Below, in pieces: positions 37,201-51,880 of a stretch of DNA of 64,000 nucleotides. The position numbers and the translations under genes were made by a program. Within the stretch, counting starts at the first letter, position 1. Every line of letters begins with the position of its first letter. Location: NCBI GenBank assembly GCA_009103225.1, contig RHPI01003508.1, forward strand, positions 160,524 through 224,523, written 5' to 3'. The notes below the pieces were generated by a model. The model ran no database searches. It was not told where the DNA came from and was given only the letters and a program-made list of their open reading frames with translations. The DNA is from Chlorokybus atmophyticus (Eukaryota > Plantae > Mesostigma and Chlorokybus algae).

Positions 37201-38731
37201 AGGACGATGCAATCGTAACCACAATAGTGATGGGGTTCATCATAATACACAAAGGTTGCATGGGGCAGACCCTAAAGTATGTGGCAGTATAGTAAAGACA
37301 AGCAAGCAGTCATGCAATTACGTGGGAGTCATCTTAAATGATGTAGAAAGAGCGATGACGGAGGACTAGCGCCCTTAAAGCCACCATTATTGATTGAAAT
37401 GGCCATGTGTAAGCACACGCACGCGCGCATATCATGCATCCATGAACATAGATGCGACATGTCATTATACCTCGATATATCATACTATGCACTACATACG
37501 GGCAATCAATAACGCATGTGTCTTGATGTGCGTATAGCAACGCTTGCATAGTACGTAATGTGTAATCCTGCCATGGAATGGCGTGTTGGCACCCTGGTTT
37601 GTGGCTAAAGGTGTGTAACAAAGGGCGTAGGGGCGCCAAAGCAAACAACAGTTGATAGCAACTATCGTGACGTGATGTTGTAAGGCGATGCGCACGTGTG
37701 CAATGCATATAACGATATCGTGGTGCTGTGCGCGGTGTCGGAATGTGAGCTCGAGAGTGACAATTATGCGCTATACCGCACCCATACAGTTGTGATGAGA
37801 AGCATAGTTGCACCATACAACTCCTAAGTTCATTGCATAAGCCTATATGTATACGCGCATGACACGAATTATATAACATACTTATTGCATGTATGTATCT
37901 TAAGGCCTTAAGGCCTTATGCTGTTTGCTTGCCAGAAGCTAGCCGACACCACGCGTCAAGAGTTGTGAATTGCTCGTGGCGCGTGTTGCGCATTGACCCT
38001 GCATCTGGGGCAGGGGCAATTATCTGACGGCGTGGGGCAGTGCAAAAAGGGTGCATTACCAATGGTGTAATAACATTGTGTGCATGTATATACGCCGTAT
38101 GCAAGGATGGCCAATAATGCATACCCGAATATACCTGTACGCGTATCTTGCATTTTGTGCACATGGACTTGCAATGCATACCCGTGTGCCATATGGTGCA
38201 ATTATGATGAGTATTGTGCTGATATAATGTGGCGCGCACATGCGCATGCAATGACTGTTACAACAGTGTGCTTACCCTCTGTACCACATTGGTAAAATGC
38301 GTTTTGGGCTAATGTCATTCTGCAGACAAGTATGCATCTTTCCAAATTACATTTGCCGAAATAGAGTGGATGTTTCCAAGCTACTTGGGTGTGCACTCTT
38401 TTCTTGTCACCTGTGTCAAACAGGAGCATGCAGGGCGGTCTTACAATGGACACAGCAATTTGCTGACACCACGGCGTAGAACTTGGGGCTGAGCATGTTT
38501 ATTGGCCTGTAACTCAAGGAACATTAAAAAGTGCACCCAGGTCACGTAGAGTCTGCGAAGCTGTTGGCAATCCATACTGTACTATACTCTATACAGTGGC
38601 CATGCCTAAGCACCTCCGCCTATGCTGCAAAACTGTAGCAGGGGAAGTTGTTGGCTCAATTGCGCTATATGATTATATATGTATATGTAAGGAGGTGAAG
38701 CTAATGGCGGCAAATAGGCGTGTGTAAGGGT

Positions 38732-41700
38732 CTACGAAGACCCGCCTGATTGACCTGGTGCAAGCTGCATGTCCGGAGGGGTGGCACTTGTGGGGCCTGG
38801 TTTGTCAACTTCAGGGGTGTATGCAACATAGTGTGGTGCGGTCTCGCTTCCAGTCTCACTCAATGTGGCCTTCACTCGCACCGTTTTACCATTGGTATTG
38901 ACTGGGAAGTCTAACTGCGCGTTGACCTGATCACGCGCACAGAAGTGTTCAGCACCAAGTGATGTGCGTAACAAGACCGGATTATCAAGCGACTGGATAA
39001 CGAATGCCAAATTGGCACCTTGCGATACGGCCAACGCGGGATGCCAAATTGTCGGCACAATCGTTTCAAAACGGTGGTGCAGATGCCGAGATCGGAAGCA
39101 GCCTGGACGCTGGGTTTGTGAAAATGCTTTGCAATGTCTGCGAGTGTCACAGGTGGCTTTTGCTTTTGCACCAACAGAGCTTGCTCGGGCGTCTTTGGAT
39201 GACTGTAAACAAGGTTGCAGCATGAGCGCAAGAACAGGGGCACAAACATCACGTAGCCGCCGTATGTGGTTATTGAGAAGATTATGCAACACAGAAAAAT
39301 CTGCCCGCACAGCTTGCAAGCACCAACAGCCACTTACTCGAGCCCGCTGGATGTTGACAGTGCAGAGTGACTGGGGGCATCGGAGGTGCACAAGGAAGGC
39401 ATGGGCGGGGACTCATTAGACACTTCATGCGCAATAGGGTTCGGGGGCTGTGCAGATGCCGAAGCCGCAGCGTCAACAGGCGTTTTCTGGCGTTGTGCAG
39501 TCGCTCGTAACCGCAGGGCCAGAAGCACATCTTCTGCCTGAAAGGTTAAGAGCGTCAAGCAGAGCTACGAATGCAGTAAAGCTGGGACACAGAATGCTTC
39601 CGAGCGTACAAAGAGCAACTGACCTGAATCTGTACTCCTGCCTGCTGAGTAAGTGCAGGCAGAACAGCTTGAAGTGCTTGCGCAATGGCTGAACAGTCAA
39701 CTTGCCTGTCACCAGACAACAGCAATGAGCGCTTAGTTGCGCCATGTAATTCATGCCATGAGCGCGATTCGCTTATAAACAAACAGCACTCAACTTCATA
39801 AGCTGATGGGGAAAAGGCGAACTACAAGTGCAAGTGCAATGCTGAGTGCAAGGACATACTTTGGTGCAGTGGGTGCAGCAGGCGGCAACGGAAGCTGATA
39901 CATCTGCGTCTGCGGAGTATTGGCATTCAGCATTGGGGGCCGATTCCGCAAGTCAAGATCCCAGCCGGCATTGAAATGTTGCTGCTGAAGCTGAAGAGCC
40001 TGACCATTTACACCATTATGATCAGGACATTGGGTATTAATAACAGCAATTACACAACAATAACACCACACTACCATAACGCAACACACAACCTTACCTG
40101 CAACTGCACTAGTTGCATCTGCAATTGGGCTTGAGCCTGAGCATTGGCCTGAGCCTGGGCTTGGGCCTGGGCTTGGGCCTGGGCTTGGGCCTGGACTTGA
40201 GCCTTGGCGTGGGCCTGGGCCTGGGCCTGGGCCTGGGCCTGGGCCTGGGCCTGGGCCTGGGCCTGGGCCTGGGCCTGGGCCTGGGCCTGGGAGTAGTCCA
40301 ACCTCGGCTTCTTCTCCGGAGGTTGTTCTGGCTCATATGAGTGCTGCAGGGAAACTTGTCTCAGACAGTGTCATTCTACCAGCTGTCAGAGACCATGGCA
40401 CAGAGCGGCTCTTACCTGAGCTTGTGGCCGTAAATGCAACTCAAGATCCAGCGGCGGTGGAGGCATCTTTCTATGAGATTGCTGATTTTGCTGAACCTGC
40501 TGCTGCTGCTGCTGTGCTGGTTGCTGGTGCCGAAAGTGATCCCCATGATGAAGCTGTAATGGTGGGGTGGGCTGCATAGGAGTCGAAGGTGTTGGCTGGG
40601 GGGAAGGCTCTTGTGTTAACAGCAACCATTGCGTGGGCGTCTGCTGCTGTGGCTGCGCTTGTTGTTGCGGTGGCTGGAGCTGGTGTTGTTGGTGCTGTAG
40701 CTGTTGTTGCTGATGCGTCTGTTGCTGTTGCTGTTGCTGCTGTTGCTGCAGTTGCTGCTGCTGCTGCTGCTGCTGTGGTTGCTGCTGCTGTAAAACTTGC
40801 TGGAGCAGATGCTGTTGTTGATGTTGCTGGTGCAACTGCTGCATGTGGTGAAGCTGCATCTGTTGCAGCTGCTGCATCTGCAGTGCTGAGAGCTGCCATT
40901 GAGGAGGAAACAGGGGAGGGGCTGGTGGCTGCAGATTTGTGGCAGCTGTACAGAAAGCACACGCACAGTCAGCAATCTTGCGCACACGTGAATCGACATG
41001 AACCTTGCCCAGAGTCAGTGGAACTTACTGGGGGTATGCAAAGCAGCCGTTGCGGTAGGTGTCACAGAGAGAAGCGGGAACGAAAAAGTGGGTGACTCCG
41101 ATGCTCCAGCCCATTGACCGCTACAACTGCCACTTGGACTGGGCCCTGGACTTGGCGGTACACCGAGTCCCTGCTGTGCCGCAAGGTGAGCCCGTTGTGC
41201 GGCGCAATATCATGTAAGCATAACACAAGACTCCTCCACCAACTCCGGGCAGGTGACTTACCACAGGACCGATTTGGTCTGCAGATTGCCGGCCCGCTGC
41301 TAATGAAGCTGCCAGTTGTTGAAATTGAGTCAAATCCTGCAAGACATGAGAAGGTCCGGGAGCGCCAAGCCTCAAACCGGTCTCAACTTCTTCATCTGTG
41401 CTGTGTCCACCTCCAGAGCTGTCTGTCTGCTAGAGACAACACCAATATGCGCACATACATTGACGTCTTCTGTAACTGAACTGAAGCGGCCATCACGACA
41501 GACAACAGAGTTGGTCAGCAAAACAAGGACTTACTCGTCGAGATGTGGCACCATTTGGTGAGCGCTGGGCAGCACTTGGACTCTCTGCAACTCCGCCCCG
41601 GTTGAACCCTGTTGGGCTGGTTTGTGCGCTAAGAGACTGCAAACATCGAACAACTATACTTAGTGCGGGTTCAGAACTTGCAAATCGTGCTATGCCATAT

Positions 41701-42422
41701 TGAGAGCGAGAGCCAGCCATACGCATGCATTTGCTCCAATCTGGCACCTGAAAAACGAGCTGCTCCCAGTAGGACGAATGGCTCAACACATCAGCCAATG
41801 CATCACGCCCAGGTGTTGGTGGAAGCGAGCGCAAGGCTTCACTTGCTTCAAGCGCAATCGCATCAAAGTCATATTTGCCGAGGTCTGCGAGGTCAATCTG
41901 TACACAGCACAACAGTAAAGCGATGTTATCAAAAACTCCCGGCGATCACATTCTGAGTTTGTGAAAACCTGAAAAGACAACAGCGTCAAAGACGGTATGT
42001 GGTGTTTTCTAATGTGTACATAGCTGCGCACTTGGCAAATTTGTGACAGAACGGAACATCTGTAAGCCTTGCTGTTGTGTTAGATAACAGCAATGGCATG
42101 CGTCTGCTATTTGGTCAAGTGGCACCTGCCATGTAGCGACAAGTGCAAGACTTGGCCATGTGTACAAGAGTGCTCTGTAGCGCGTCCACCAACTTGCCCC
42201 ACTATGCTCTTGCCCAGAGGTATCCACGAGACAGACATGCCTGTTCTCAGAGTTGCCATCAAGAGCTGATGGCTACTTGAATGAGTCCACACAAGTATGT
42301 TCAGCTATTGTCCGCAAAACCGCCGCAAACAACAAACCTTCTGCTTGGAGAGACACTGTTCCGGGAGGAATGCGGTAGCTGGCATATCCTCCGGAACAGT
42401 GTTTTTGCTGGGTACTAGCCAT
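38732..42422 (-). CDS. RWP-RK transcription factor with Q-rich region, NIT2/NLP-like; 5' end tentative
   Basis: [44 protein letters not shown] at ~39019-39160, upstream polyQ (40480-40900) and (QA)n (40130-40292) exons, and a GAF-like [13 protein letters not shown] exon at ~42200. Confidence 0.85.
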
Positions 42423-45400
42423 GGCATCAAAGCTTGAGCTAGAACGACACCGCCAGTCATCACCGTGGACGCTTGTATAGCAAACGTTATCCGAAAATGA
42501 TACGGCAGCTACTTTCTCCAGGCCAAGACTACAACATAGCACTGCGGCCAGCTCCCAACAACAACCGATCTTGCTAACCGAACAACTACAAACGGCAGCG
42601 CCCATGCCATTGCACTGAGTTAACGCCGCATTGCCGGCAGACGTCATAACCAAGCGAGCACACAGCAACCTAACTGTGCAGCTAGCCTCCGTTCACGGGT
42701 GTGGCGCCAGGGGACGACTTTAGTGCACAAGCTGCAAGCAAGATGCCCCCACCTGCAACGACGGTGGCGGATTCAGCAATGCCGAAGGCGACGGCAGCTG
42801 CGCCAAGTTGCTCCACCACGGCACGGTGGGCGCCGCGGTGGAGGACGACATAGTGTCGCCTCCGCCTTCCGGGGGCGGCTGCGCGGACATCAGCCCCCCC
42901 GCATCCGATGAGGCATTGAACTCAACCCGACAGAGTAACCCCAGAATAACCTACACACCCACGCCACGCGCGCCTCCACTCTGCTCGCCGCCGCCTGCCG
43001 TTGTCGCCCACACCGCCCACGTCACCTCCGCCGCCGCTACCTCGCGCCACAGCTCTGCTGTACAAATCAACCCTAACGTGCGCACAGCCTACCCTACAAG
43101 TTGCATGCTAGGCAACAACGCTGTCCAAAAATTGGCCAAGGCTACCTACTATTGAGGTTAGACTAACTGCGTCTCGTCACTTCTGGGGACCATGACGGAC
43201 CGTACACCAGGCAACTTTGCTGTAGTTATTATTACTAGTACAATCGCCTTCAATCAGTTGTACAATCATAAACGTCTGCAGCGCATGGGAATGTTGATCA
43301 CATAAGGTATGTGCCAGGTAGGTTGCCCACGTATCTTCAAGTGCTATGGAGTTGCGACTTCAAAGTAGTAGGTTTTATGATATAATGCCCACACTATCAC
43401 TCAATAATACACACTACCACAAACAAGTACCAACCAAGGTATTACCGTAGTGCTACGATTTGTTTTGGTTAGTAGATAAGTATGGTATTTTACGAATCAA
43501 ACACTTCCCTGCTCGGCGGCAGCGAACAAATGCATAGTTTTGCAAGGACTTGCCCCGTCACATTACTTACATTTATCAGGCGCTCGTCACGAACAACTCG
43601 GAGTAATTACGGTAGAATAGAGGGGGGTGGGATCATGTAAACAAGGGGGCTTCTATCCGGGCAAATACAGTAGGTAGGTTGTCCGCGTGTTTCCTGGCAA
43701 TCAAACTACTACTTTAAAGTGTTTAGACTAGTAGGGTAGACTCGGGTGAGGGTAGACAAATACAGCAGGGCTTTGCTGAGGTACCTTCCCAGCTGCGTGG
43801 AAATTCTTGCAACACTTATATTTCGTTGGTGTGTTAGGCTACGCGCGGACTGGATTGGTGGTCCCTGTCTGCAAGGCCCGTGAATCCAGGTTGGTTGTAG
43901 CAAACGACAAAAGGCAGGCAGGTACGCTCCCGCAATTGGTCCAAGTCCCCAACCGTCCCCCTCCAACTGTTCAGTGTTGCGTTGGGCCAACGCCGTTGGC
44001 CGCCCCTACCTGCTACGCACTCCGCGGCACACAACCCTAGCTGTTTTACTCAACACGTTCTCAATGATTCCCCTCATTTAGGGGTTGGAAGGGGTGTTTG
44101 ACAATGACCTGACTGACATGATTGCGACGCATAGCTGCTTGGGCAGCATTCAGTCAGTGTGGACCGTTTCATACGGATCTTGACGCTGTTAAGCTCGTTT
44201 GCCTCCGTTCGCAGTGACTTGCCGGAAAAATAGCGGCCGGGGTGGTCAATGCACCGACCAGCCAACAACCGGCATAACACTTGTAAGGCCAGTTACCTTC
44301 AGCCGCAAAGCATCGGACAGCAATTGCGCACTGTCGGGCGAATGTCGCGGTTCGGTTACCTTGACGTGACGTATGCAGGCCTGACCGCGATACTTGCGAC
44401 TTTTTGAGGGACAGCAAGCTATACTTGTGTCGATGGCGCGCAGTACTTCTTGAGCGGCCGCAAGCACGCAATCAAAGGAAGTTGCCCCCTGTGCCGGTTT
44501 TGAATCCGTCAGCCATCATAATTGGTGCCGGCAAAGCAGACACGCGGACGCACAGCATACGACAACATGGCACAGGCCATGCTAGCCATGCAAGTTGCAA
44601 CGCGCAAGCGTAAGACCATCCTGTATGAGGGGGCCACCAGGCTGTATTACAGGATGGTTGTAGGCTTACCATCCAACAATCCTCTGTTACATAAATATTT
44701 AACGTAATGCACAATACCAGACTGTCCGTACCTAAAAGGGAAGATGATCGTTATAAGTTGCACGGCGGCTTGCAAATTGCCATGAGCAATTGCAATCTAG
44801 ATTGCATGGGAGTTTTGCTCATGGACCCCAAATGTGTTGCAACACATTTAAGGTCCAACACTAACCACCAGGCTGGTGATTAGTCCAACATGTTTTGCAT
44901 TAGTAAAACAGTTCAATAAGTACATCTGATTCTGTTAGAGTGAATAAAAGGGAAGTCCACCGACTTTTTTACTTTTAACAATGGCTTACTTAAGCGTGTT
45001 TTAAAGATGTGATTGATAGAAGAGCGGCACGAGCATGACAAGCACTTTCTCACATCTTACACCCCTCGTTGATGTGTAAATTAACAGTTATGCATGCCAC
45101 CACCATAAGTATAACATTGATAATGCATTCGAGTTGTGCACTTGCAGATGAGAAGGGCAACGTGTACGAGTACGGGTCGACTCAACTTAACGATAACGTA
45201 GCATTGCTTAACACTGCGCTTCACATGCTTCACAGCAAGAAGGTGTTTTAGTTAACGTTTTGTGTACACATACGCACAAATAGCTATTTTTTTTACAGGT
45301 GCAAAAGCAAGAGTCTTAATACAACTCGCGCATAAATTCGTTTTTTGTTATGAACCTATTATGCAGTACGTGTGCAATTTATTAATAATTTCTAGATCGG

Positions 45401-46330
45401 GCCCGGATATGCACACATCTCGCATTAATCATCGTGATTACACTTATGCATGGTTATATGGTCGCAACTTTGATGTTCACAAGTGATAGCTGTATTAAAT
45501 CTGTCAATTAATTAAACTTACATAACATCTTTTGTTTAAATATGGTAGTGTGCAAAAATGCGGACTTGTGCACATGCACAAACATATACATATATGCATA
45601 CAAATTTCACAAATACGCGCACGTGCATGCAACACATGAAAAGATCATTATCAAACATATGTAAATGTTCAATTCGCATGGTGAGGTTGGGCGGATGATG
45701 TAATGAAAGACTGCTATTTGCATGCAAAAGACATTGCTAATTATAAATAAGATGTCCACCACTCTTGAGTGGTTTTCTTGCATGCTCCACTGCATACAAT
45801 TCAATGCAGCAAAAGAAACCGACATATGCATACGCATTAACCACAACATGCATGCGATGATCGATGTTGATGTTTACTTCTGTTGAGCATCATTTGCCAC
45901 TAAACCCCATCGATTACTGTAGCCCAAGCATGTTACAGGTTACATGTAAGTTTACATAGGCCTACTCATTTACAGTTTACAGTCTCATGTCTGATGTGCA
46001 TGTGCCTTGAGGCTTGAGCTCGCGCGCGACCTACTCGTGTGAAGCTCAACGCCATAGAGTTTGCACTCAGGTACAAGCAGCAGCAGCGTCGGTATCAAGC
46101 TCTGCTCGTTCCTGCTGCAAATTGTACCCATGGACGTGGTTGGCAACATCGCTGGCATTGCCTGTGGTATCCACGAGGTGCTTCATGCTTCATGCAGCAG
46201 CAAGCATGCCGAAGAAGTAGCTGAAAGCCTGTGATGATGTGAGCGTCATCGTCGTGGTCGACGCCGTCATCGCCGTCGTAGGAGGAGGCGGTTGTGCTCG
46301 AGGAGGAGGAGGTAGTGCTTGTGTTGCGGT

Positions 46331-48770
46331 ATGGAGGGTGCGCGCTCTGCGCTGGAGCTGCTGCACCGGGAGGGCGGCCGCCGCCGCATCGTCACGTTCT
46401 GCCCCGCCCTGGACTCGCTCCTGGGTGGCGGCGTCGCCCCGGGCCACGTCACGGAGTTTTGTAAGCAACAACAGAGTTTGTTTGTTTGCTTTCTTATTTT
46501 CTTTGGATTGTTTGCTTTGATTGCCCCTTTTGTAGCACAATCAGCACAGATTGGCACAGAGACAGTGCATCACCGCTGTTGGGATTCAAGCTTAGTGATG
46601 GTCTTGTGCGTGGAATGGCACATGCATGCGTGCGTATATGCATGTGCGCATTCATGCGCTCACAATTGATCGCACGCGCAATGCGTGCGTGGGCGAGTGC
46701 GCATTGGCTGGCACTGAGGTGTCTGTCTTTTTCTTAATGTGCTGCAGGTGGAGTCCCTGGCATGGGCAAAACGCAGCTGGGGTAAACACCGCATTTTGCT
46801 ACTTGAACACGGTACTCATCGCACTGCATGCCATGTATTGTTGCACTGCATGCATGCGCAAAATAGCAATAAGAACAAGGAGTGCGTCATTGTAGGAATC
46901 ATGTTATGAAACAACCGCTGGTGCTCCTTTGTCTTTGATTCTTATTTTATGCTATGCATGTAAACTCGCAAGACATCTCCGTGGTAATGCTTCATCATGT
47001 TATTGGCCGCTTTAAAGCAGCTTTTAACAACGAATCGTTATGAATTATTGCTCGTACATGCTGTCATAAACAAATATTGACATTGATGAGTGCAACAGGT
47101 AAATAACCACACGGGTTGTTGCCGGTTCAGCCTTGTGATGAGGCATTGCTTTTATTCAGCTCGTGTGGTTAATTGATTGGGTAATCAAGGCGCTGTACAC
47201 CAGCATTACATACAACAGCAGTGGCGATGGTTACTGATGGTTGAATGCGCAGCATCCAGCTGGCAGTGGATGTGCAGATACCAGCTTGCTTCAAGGGCCT
47301 AGCCGGTCAGGCCATCTACATAGGTGAGATGACAGCTTGCATGTGGGTGCTATGTTGCTAGCAGTTTTATTGAGCATGCAACATGGGGCTTGAGTTCGTG
47401 TGTGCGTTCCTGTGTGCTTCATGTTTGCCAGCTGTCATGAATGTGCGCATGTGGGCGCTTGCTCCCGCAGACACTGAAGGCAGCTTTGCTGTCGAGCGTG
47501 CTGTGGAGATGGCTGATGCGTGTTCCGCTCATCTGCGCCGCCTTGCTGTTAACTCCAACAACCCTGAGCAGGTCAGTTGCATTGCTCAGAAGCGAGAAGA
47601 TACACTTGCAACATCCGTCCTTGAGGGTGTAAGAAGCTAATATGTACACGCAGACATGCATGTGCACAAACACAATTACTTGCCCGTATGCATGCGCGCG
47701 TGCAAGCGTACATGCGCACTCAAGAGTGTACACACTTGCTTGAACACGTACACAAACACACGCACACACAGCACACCACTGAGCGCGTGCTTATTCACAG
47801 ATGGCCGCCGCTGGTGGCTTCAGTCGGGAAACAGCGCTGAGCGGCATACACTACATGCGCGTACACGATGCAACTGAGCAGGTCTGTTCTCTGGCTTGCA
47901 TTCTAGTTCCCCCTCATCATCAGCACACAAACCAACCTAAACCTTCTCTGTTCCCAACCAAACAGTTGGCAGCGGTGACGGCCCTGCCGCACCTGTTGCA
48001 GCAGCTGCCTCAGGTCAAGCTTGTCATCATCGACTCCGTGACGTTCCACTTCCGGCAAGGGTGGTCGCAAGACATGCCCCAGCGCACGCGGCTGCTCGCG
48101 CAGATGAGTCAGGGATTGACTGCACTCGTTGCCAACCTCGACATCGCGGTGAGTGCAATATGTTGGTTTGTCGAGTTTTGCCTGAAGATTTGTTGAATGA
48201 GGAAATCGTGTTCCAGGTGGTTATGATGAATCAAGTCACCATCAAGATTAGCAAAGATGGCTCTGCGTCACGCCTCATTCCTGCACTTGGTAAGAAGCAA
48301 TGATGTTGTGTCCTCCTCCCCACCCCACACGGCCATCAGTGCACATAGACAGGCATTGGTGACATAATCTGGTGAGAGATTTACGCAAACACGCTTGCAC
48401 ATAGATACGCTCACATTCTGGCGCACGTGTGCGCAAGAATGCACACGCACGCATGTAGACAGGCACATTGTTGCAAACCCGCATGCACGTACACTTTCTC
48501 ACCCGCACATAGACACGCATGCGCGTTTTCTTGTTTCACAGCGTGCATGCTTTTGCAGGCGAGACATGGGCGCACGCAGCTACAGAACGCGTGATCCTGT
48601 TCTGGAGCGAAGGCAAGCGCAGCGCTTACCTGTACAAGTCTCCCTCGCTGAAGGCGGGCTTTGCGCAGTACACCATCGCGTCGGAAGGGGTGCGCGGGGT
48701 CAGTGCAAGCGGCAAACGAGTCAAGGTGGATGCGAATGATGATGGGCGGCAAGGAAGTGAACCGCAGTGA
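46331..48770 (+). CDS. RAD51C: RAD51 paralog C, multi-exon; N-terminus unresolved
   Basis: ARSALELL..RIVTFCPALDSLLGGGV..TEFC|GVPGMGKTQLG|IQLAVDVQIP..GQAIYI|DTEGSF, VKLVIIDSVTFHFR, NQVT, GETWAHAATERVILFW. Stop at 48770. Confidence 0.92.
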
Positions 48771-49693
48771 GGTCTGGTTAGTGTCAAGTGGGATGCATTT
48801 CGCCTGATTGTACATTTATATGACACCATGACTTGCATGAGCAAGCCTTGGGAATGCAAAATCTGAATTGCGCAATTGCTGTCAAAGTCAAGGGCAGCAT
48901 TGCAGTCCATGCAAGTTCTATTTACAAATCTGCCTACTGACTGCAGGGTAGGAGTTTCATGCTTGTGTGTCCCCAGGCAGTGCAAATTATGGATATTGAC
49001 CAAGGTGACTCCCTGAGGATTATGAAGAAGAGCACACATATCCCTCTTGCATTTTATTTACATAGAGCAGGAATAGCGCATAATACATAAGACACAACAA
49101 TCGAGGGGCCGTGAGCTAGGACTAGATAGATTGCAGTACATGCAGCAGAGCCAACGCAGCATACAACCTAGCAGCAGCAATCACACGGGGTGGGGGCCCT
49201 CTATGCTAACTATGTGCACTTGCTAGCAGCAAGCGAGGAAGGGAGGGGGTATGGGGAGGGGGAGAACAGCAGCAAGGACCCGGGATCACCAGCAGGAGCG
49301 CGTCAGCCACGTCCACGACACGCAGCAGCAAGCACGACGTGGACTCAAAAACAGCTCACATATACCATCCGCATTGTTTGTACACTCACATGCACAGCAT
49401 TGCGTATTTCATACACTACTCAGTTGAAGTATGATGCAATCACAGCGACTTCTGCGTGCATTGACTCAGCCTACAATTTTGTGAAGGTGTGAAGCCTGCA
49501 GCAAAGCCTGCAGCAAAGCGCACACTCAACAAAGCGCTGGGTTGAGTCTGAAAGTTGTAATATACAAGGCGCATACAGGCTTGTGATGATGCCCATATGT
49601 CCCACAAAAGCTGTATGCTTGCAGGCACCATGAGACAGGCTAACTAGCATATCTCATACTGCCACACAGGCATGGGAACTAGGCAAATTGTAC

Positions 49694-51346
49694 TCAACCC
49701 TGCAACTCAAAGAACTCCAGTGCATTGCCATCGGGGTCACGCGTGAACAGCGCCTTTCTGCCAGACTTGCTCATTGTGTATTTGCAGCCTGCATGAGTGA
49801 CGAAGCATAAGTTTACGAACATGGTTACGCACGAAACTGCCAGAACACAACACGCAAGCAACGACAAGTTAAACGCACCACGAGCAGTCAATGAATCCGC
49901 CATTGCGTCTAACTGGTTGACCGCAATGCAGCTGTGCCGGTCTTCACCTGCACACACATCCACACATGTCGCCACGTAAGCTCTTCATGTACACGAACAC
50001 CCTGAGACACACCCCAACCCCACCACCCCCGCGGCCGCAAACACACCCACAGACCACGTCGCCATGTGTACGGCTCATTTGCATATGGACACACGCACAC
50101 ACGTATGCAGGCATGCGTGCACATGCACAAGTGTTCCATCAACAGCAACAGCACGCCACTCAAGCTTTCCAAGCCTCCTCCTAGCCGCTCACCGCCGTGC
50201 TCAGGTCGGCCCGTGGTGCTGTCCGGGTTGGTCAGCTCCATGAGGTGGATCATCGTGCCCTTGCCGACCCACAGCCACACGCCGCGGTAGTACAGGCGGT
50301 CGTCGGGACGCGCGGTGTTGATGGACATGCCTGCAGAAAGGAACACCTCATGGATATGTGTACAATGTTCACGAAGTAAGCACACACATATGCATGTGTG
50401 CCTGTCAGCATGAACCTGTGCATAAACATGCATGAATGCATACATTCGCATGCATGTGCGTGTGCGCGTGCATTGTACGCGCACATACAAATAAATTATG
50501 CATGTGTATGTACGCATGCAAGCATGCGTTGTTGTGCGGATGTGCATACACATACATAAACACTTGCATGCATTTGCATGTGCATGTGCATGTACACACA
50601 CGTGCAATCGTTTTCCGGTTGCATGCGTGCACGCAGGCGTGAAGGCGTGCGCGTACACACACATGCATGGACGTGCCCATGCATGCATCTTGGCATGTGT
50701 CCTAGCAACAGCCCCATGAGCACACGCACCAAGCACGCCGCAGTAGAACTCCAGGGACTTCTCCAGGTTCTCGCATATGATTCCAGTATGGTGCAAGCCA
50801 TCATACCCAATCGCTGCAGCGACAGCGTGTTATCATCACAACTCCAGCAACGGGAAGAAAGAATTCACCACACATGTGCACAAACATACACGCGCATAGA
50901 CACACGCGCGCGCACGCGCACACATCTCTCACCTCCCGCCACTTCATCGTTCACCCTCGTGCTCTCGGCCAGTCTCTTCGACAAGCCCGCGTTCTGAGCC
51001 TTGCGCTGCGCCACTGCCGTCGCATCAGTCGCGGCCATGTGATCTGTGCTCAAGGCGCAACGCACGACGCGAGACGCCTGCACAGTGACCACGTGTTGGC
51101 TTTGTGTGTTGCAAGCGGATGAATCAGCACAAAGTCCCATGCCTTGTGTGAAGGGGGTGGAAAGAGGCCTGAACGACAGCGTGGCGGTGAGGTGGATGTT
51201 GACGCATGCGACAGCCGCTGCACCTGAGAGTACCAACTTTGAGTGCAGTGAGTGAAGCACTGAAGACCTGAATCAGGAAGTGTTGGTGGTAAGTCGCAGA
51301 TGCATGCATGTTGGAGGACTTGCGGCCTCATGCAAGCGAACTCCAT
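49694..51346 (-). CDS. Glyoxalase/VOC-fold protein, probably plastid-targeted
   Basis: LHHTGIICENLEKSLEFYCGVLG, RGVWLWVG..IHLMEL, DRHSCIAV and SKSGRKALFTRDPDGNALEF. Ser/Arg/Ala-rich N-terminal exons; start approximate. Confidence 0.9.
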
Positions 51347-51880
51347 GTGTTTGGTATTGTGCAACCAAGGTAGTAAGCCATCCAATCCTAGATGAGATGA
51401 TCGATTAGTCAATCGCTCATTCAAGCCAGCACCTTGGCGCTGCAACTGGCAGCAGCAGAGTACACCGCGCCTGCAGCTTGCATGACGTCCACCACTCTAA
51501 GTCTCCTCTCTTCTCTCTCACCTTCAGACTAACCTCACCACCGCCGCCACCACCGCCGCCGCCTCCTCGCCAGCCGTGCCTCCACGTGTCTCACTCTCAG
51601 ATCTCCCCTTTTTCTTGCTCATTGCTTAGCGGATCAGGATGAATCAATCATGCGAACAATGCACCCTTGATTCACTCCAATTGATTCACTGAACAAACCA
51701 TCGAACAGGTAAGCAGTGAGAATAAATTGTACTGCACATTCCAGCAGAGTTCCTGCAGTAGTGGTGAGGCACTCAGCCTGGCGGCGGCGGCGGCGGGGGC
51801 GTCGTGGTGGAGCTTGCCTTTGTCGTTGTCCGAAGCAGCAAACTGCCTTTGTACGGAAGCATAGAGACGTGTGTCCTGTC

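Noticed and set aside
42700-43815. TGGCGCC PBS-like site and AGAGGGGGGTGGG PPT-like site suggesting a TRIM/LARD
   Set aside because: No paired LTRs found.
44430-44510. CVDG..CPLCR RING-like fragment
   Set aside because: Lacks most zinc ligands and has no upstream ORF.
45990-46330. Candidate N-terminal exons of RAD51C (ARDLL.., KLNAIEFALR)
   Set aside because: Frames conflict and hit stops, so they could not be spliced confidently; left unannotated.
38732-48770. RWP-RK gene near RAD51C and TEs as a mating-type locus
   Set aside because: MID-type proteins are short, whereas this one is long, Q-rich and NIT2-like; no sex-linkage evidence is visible.
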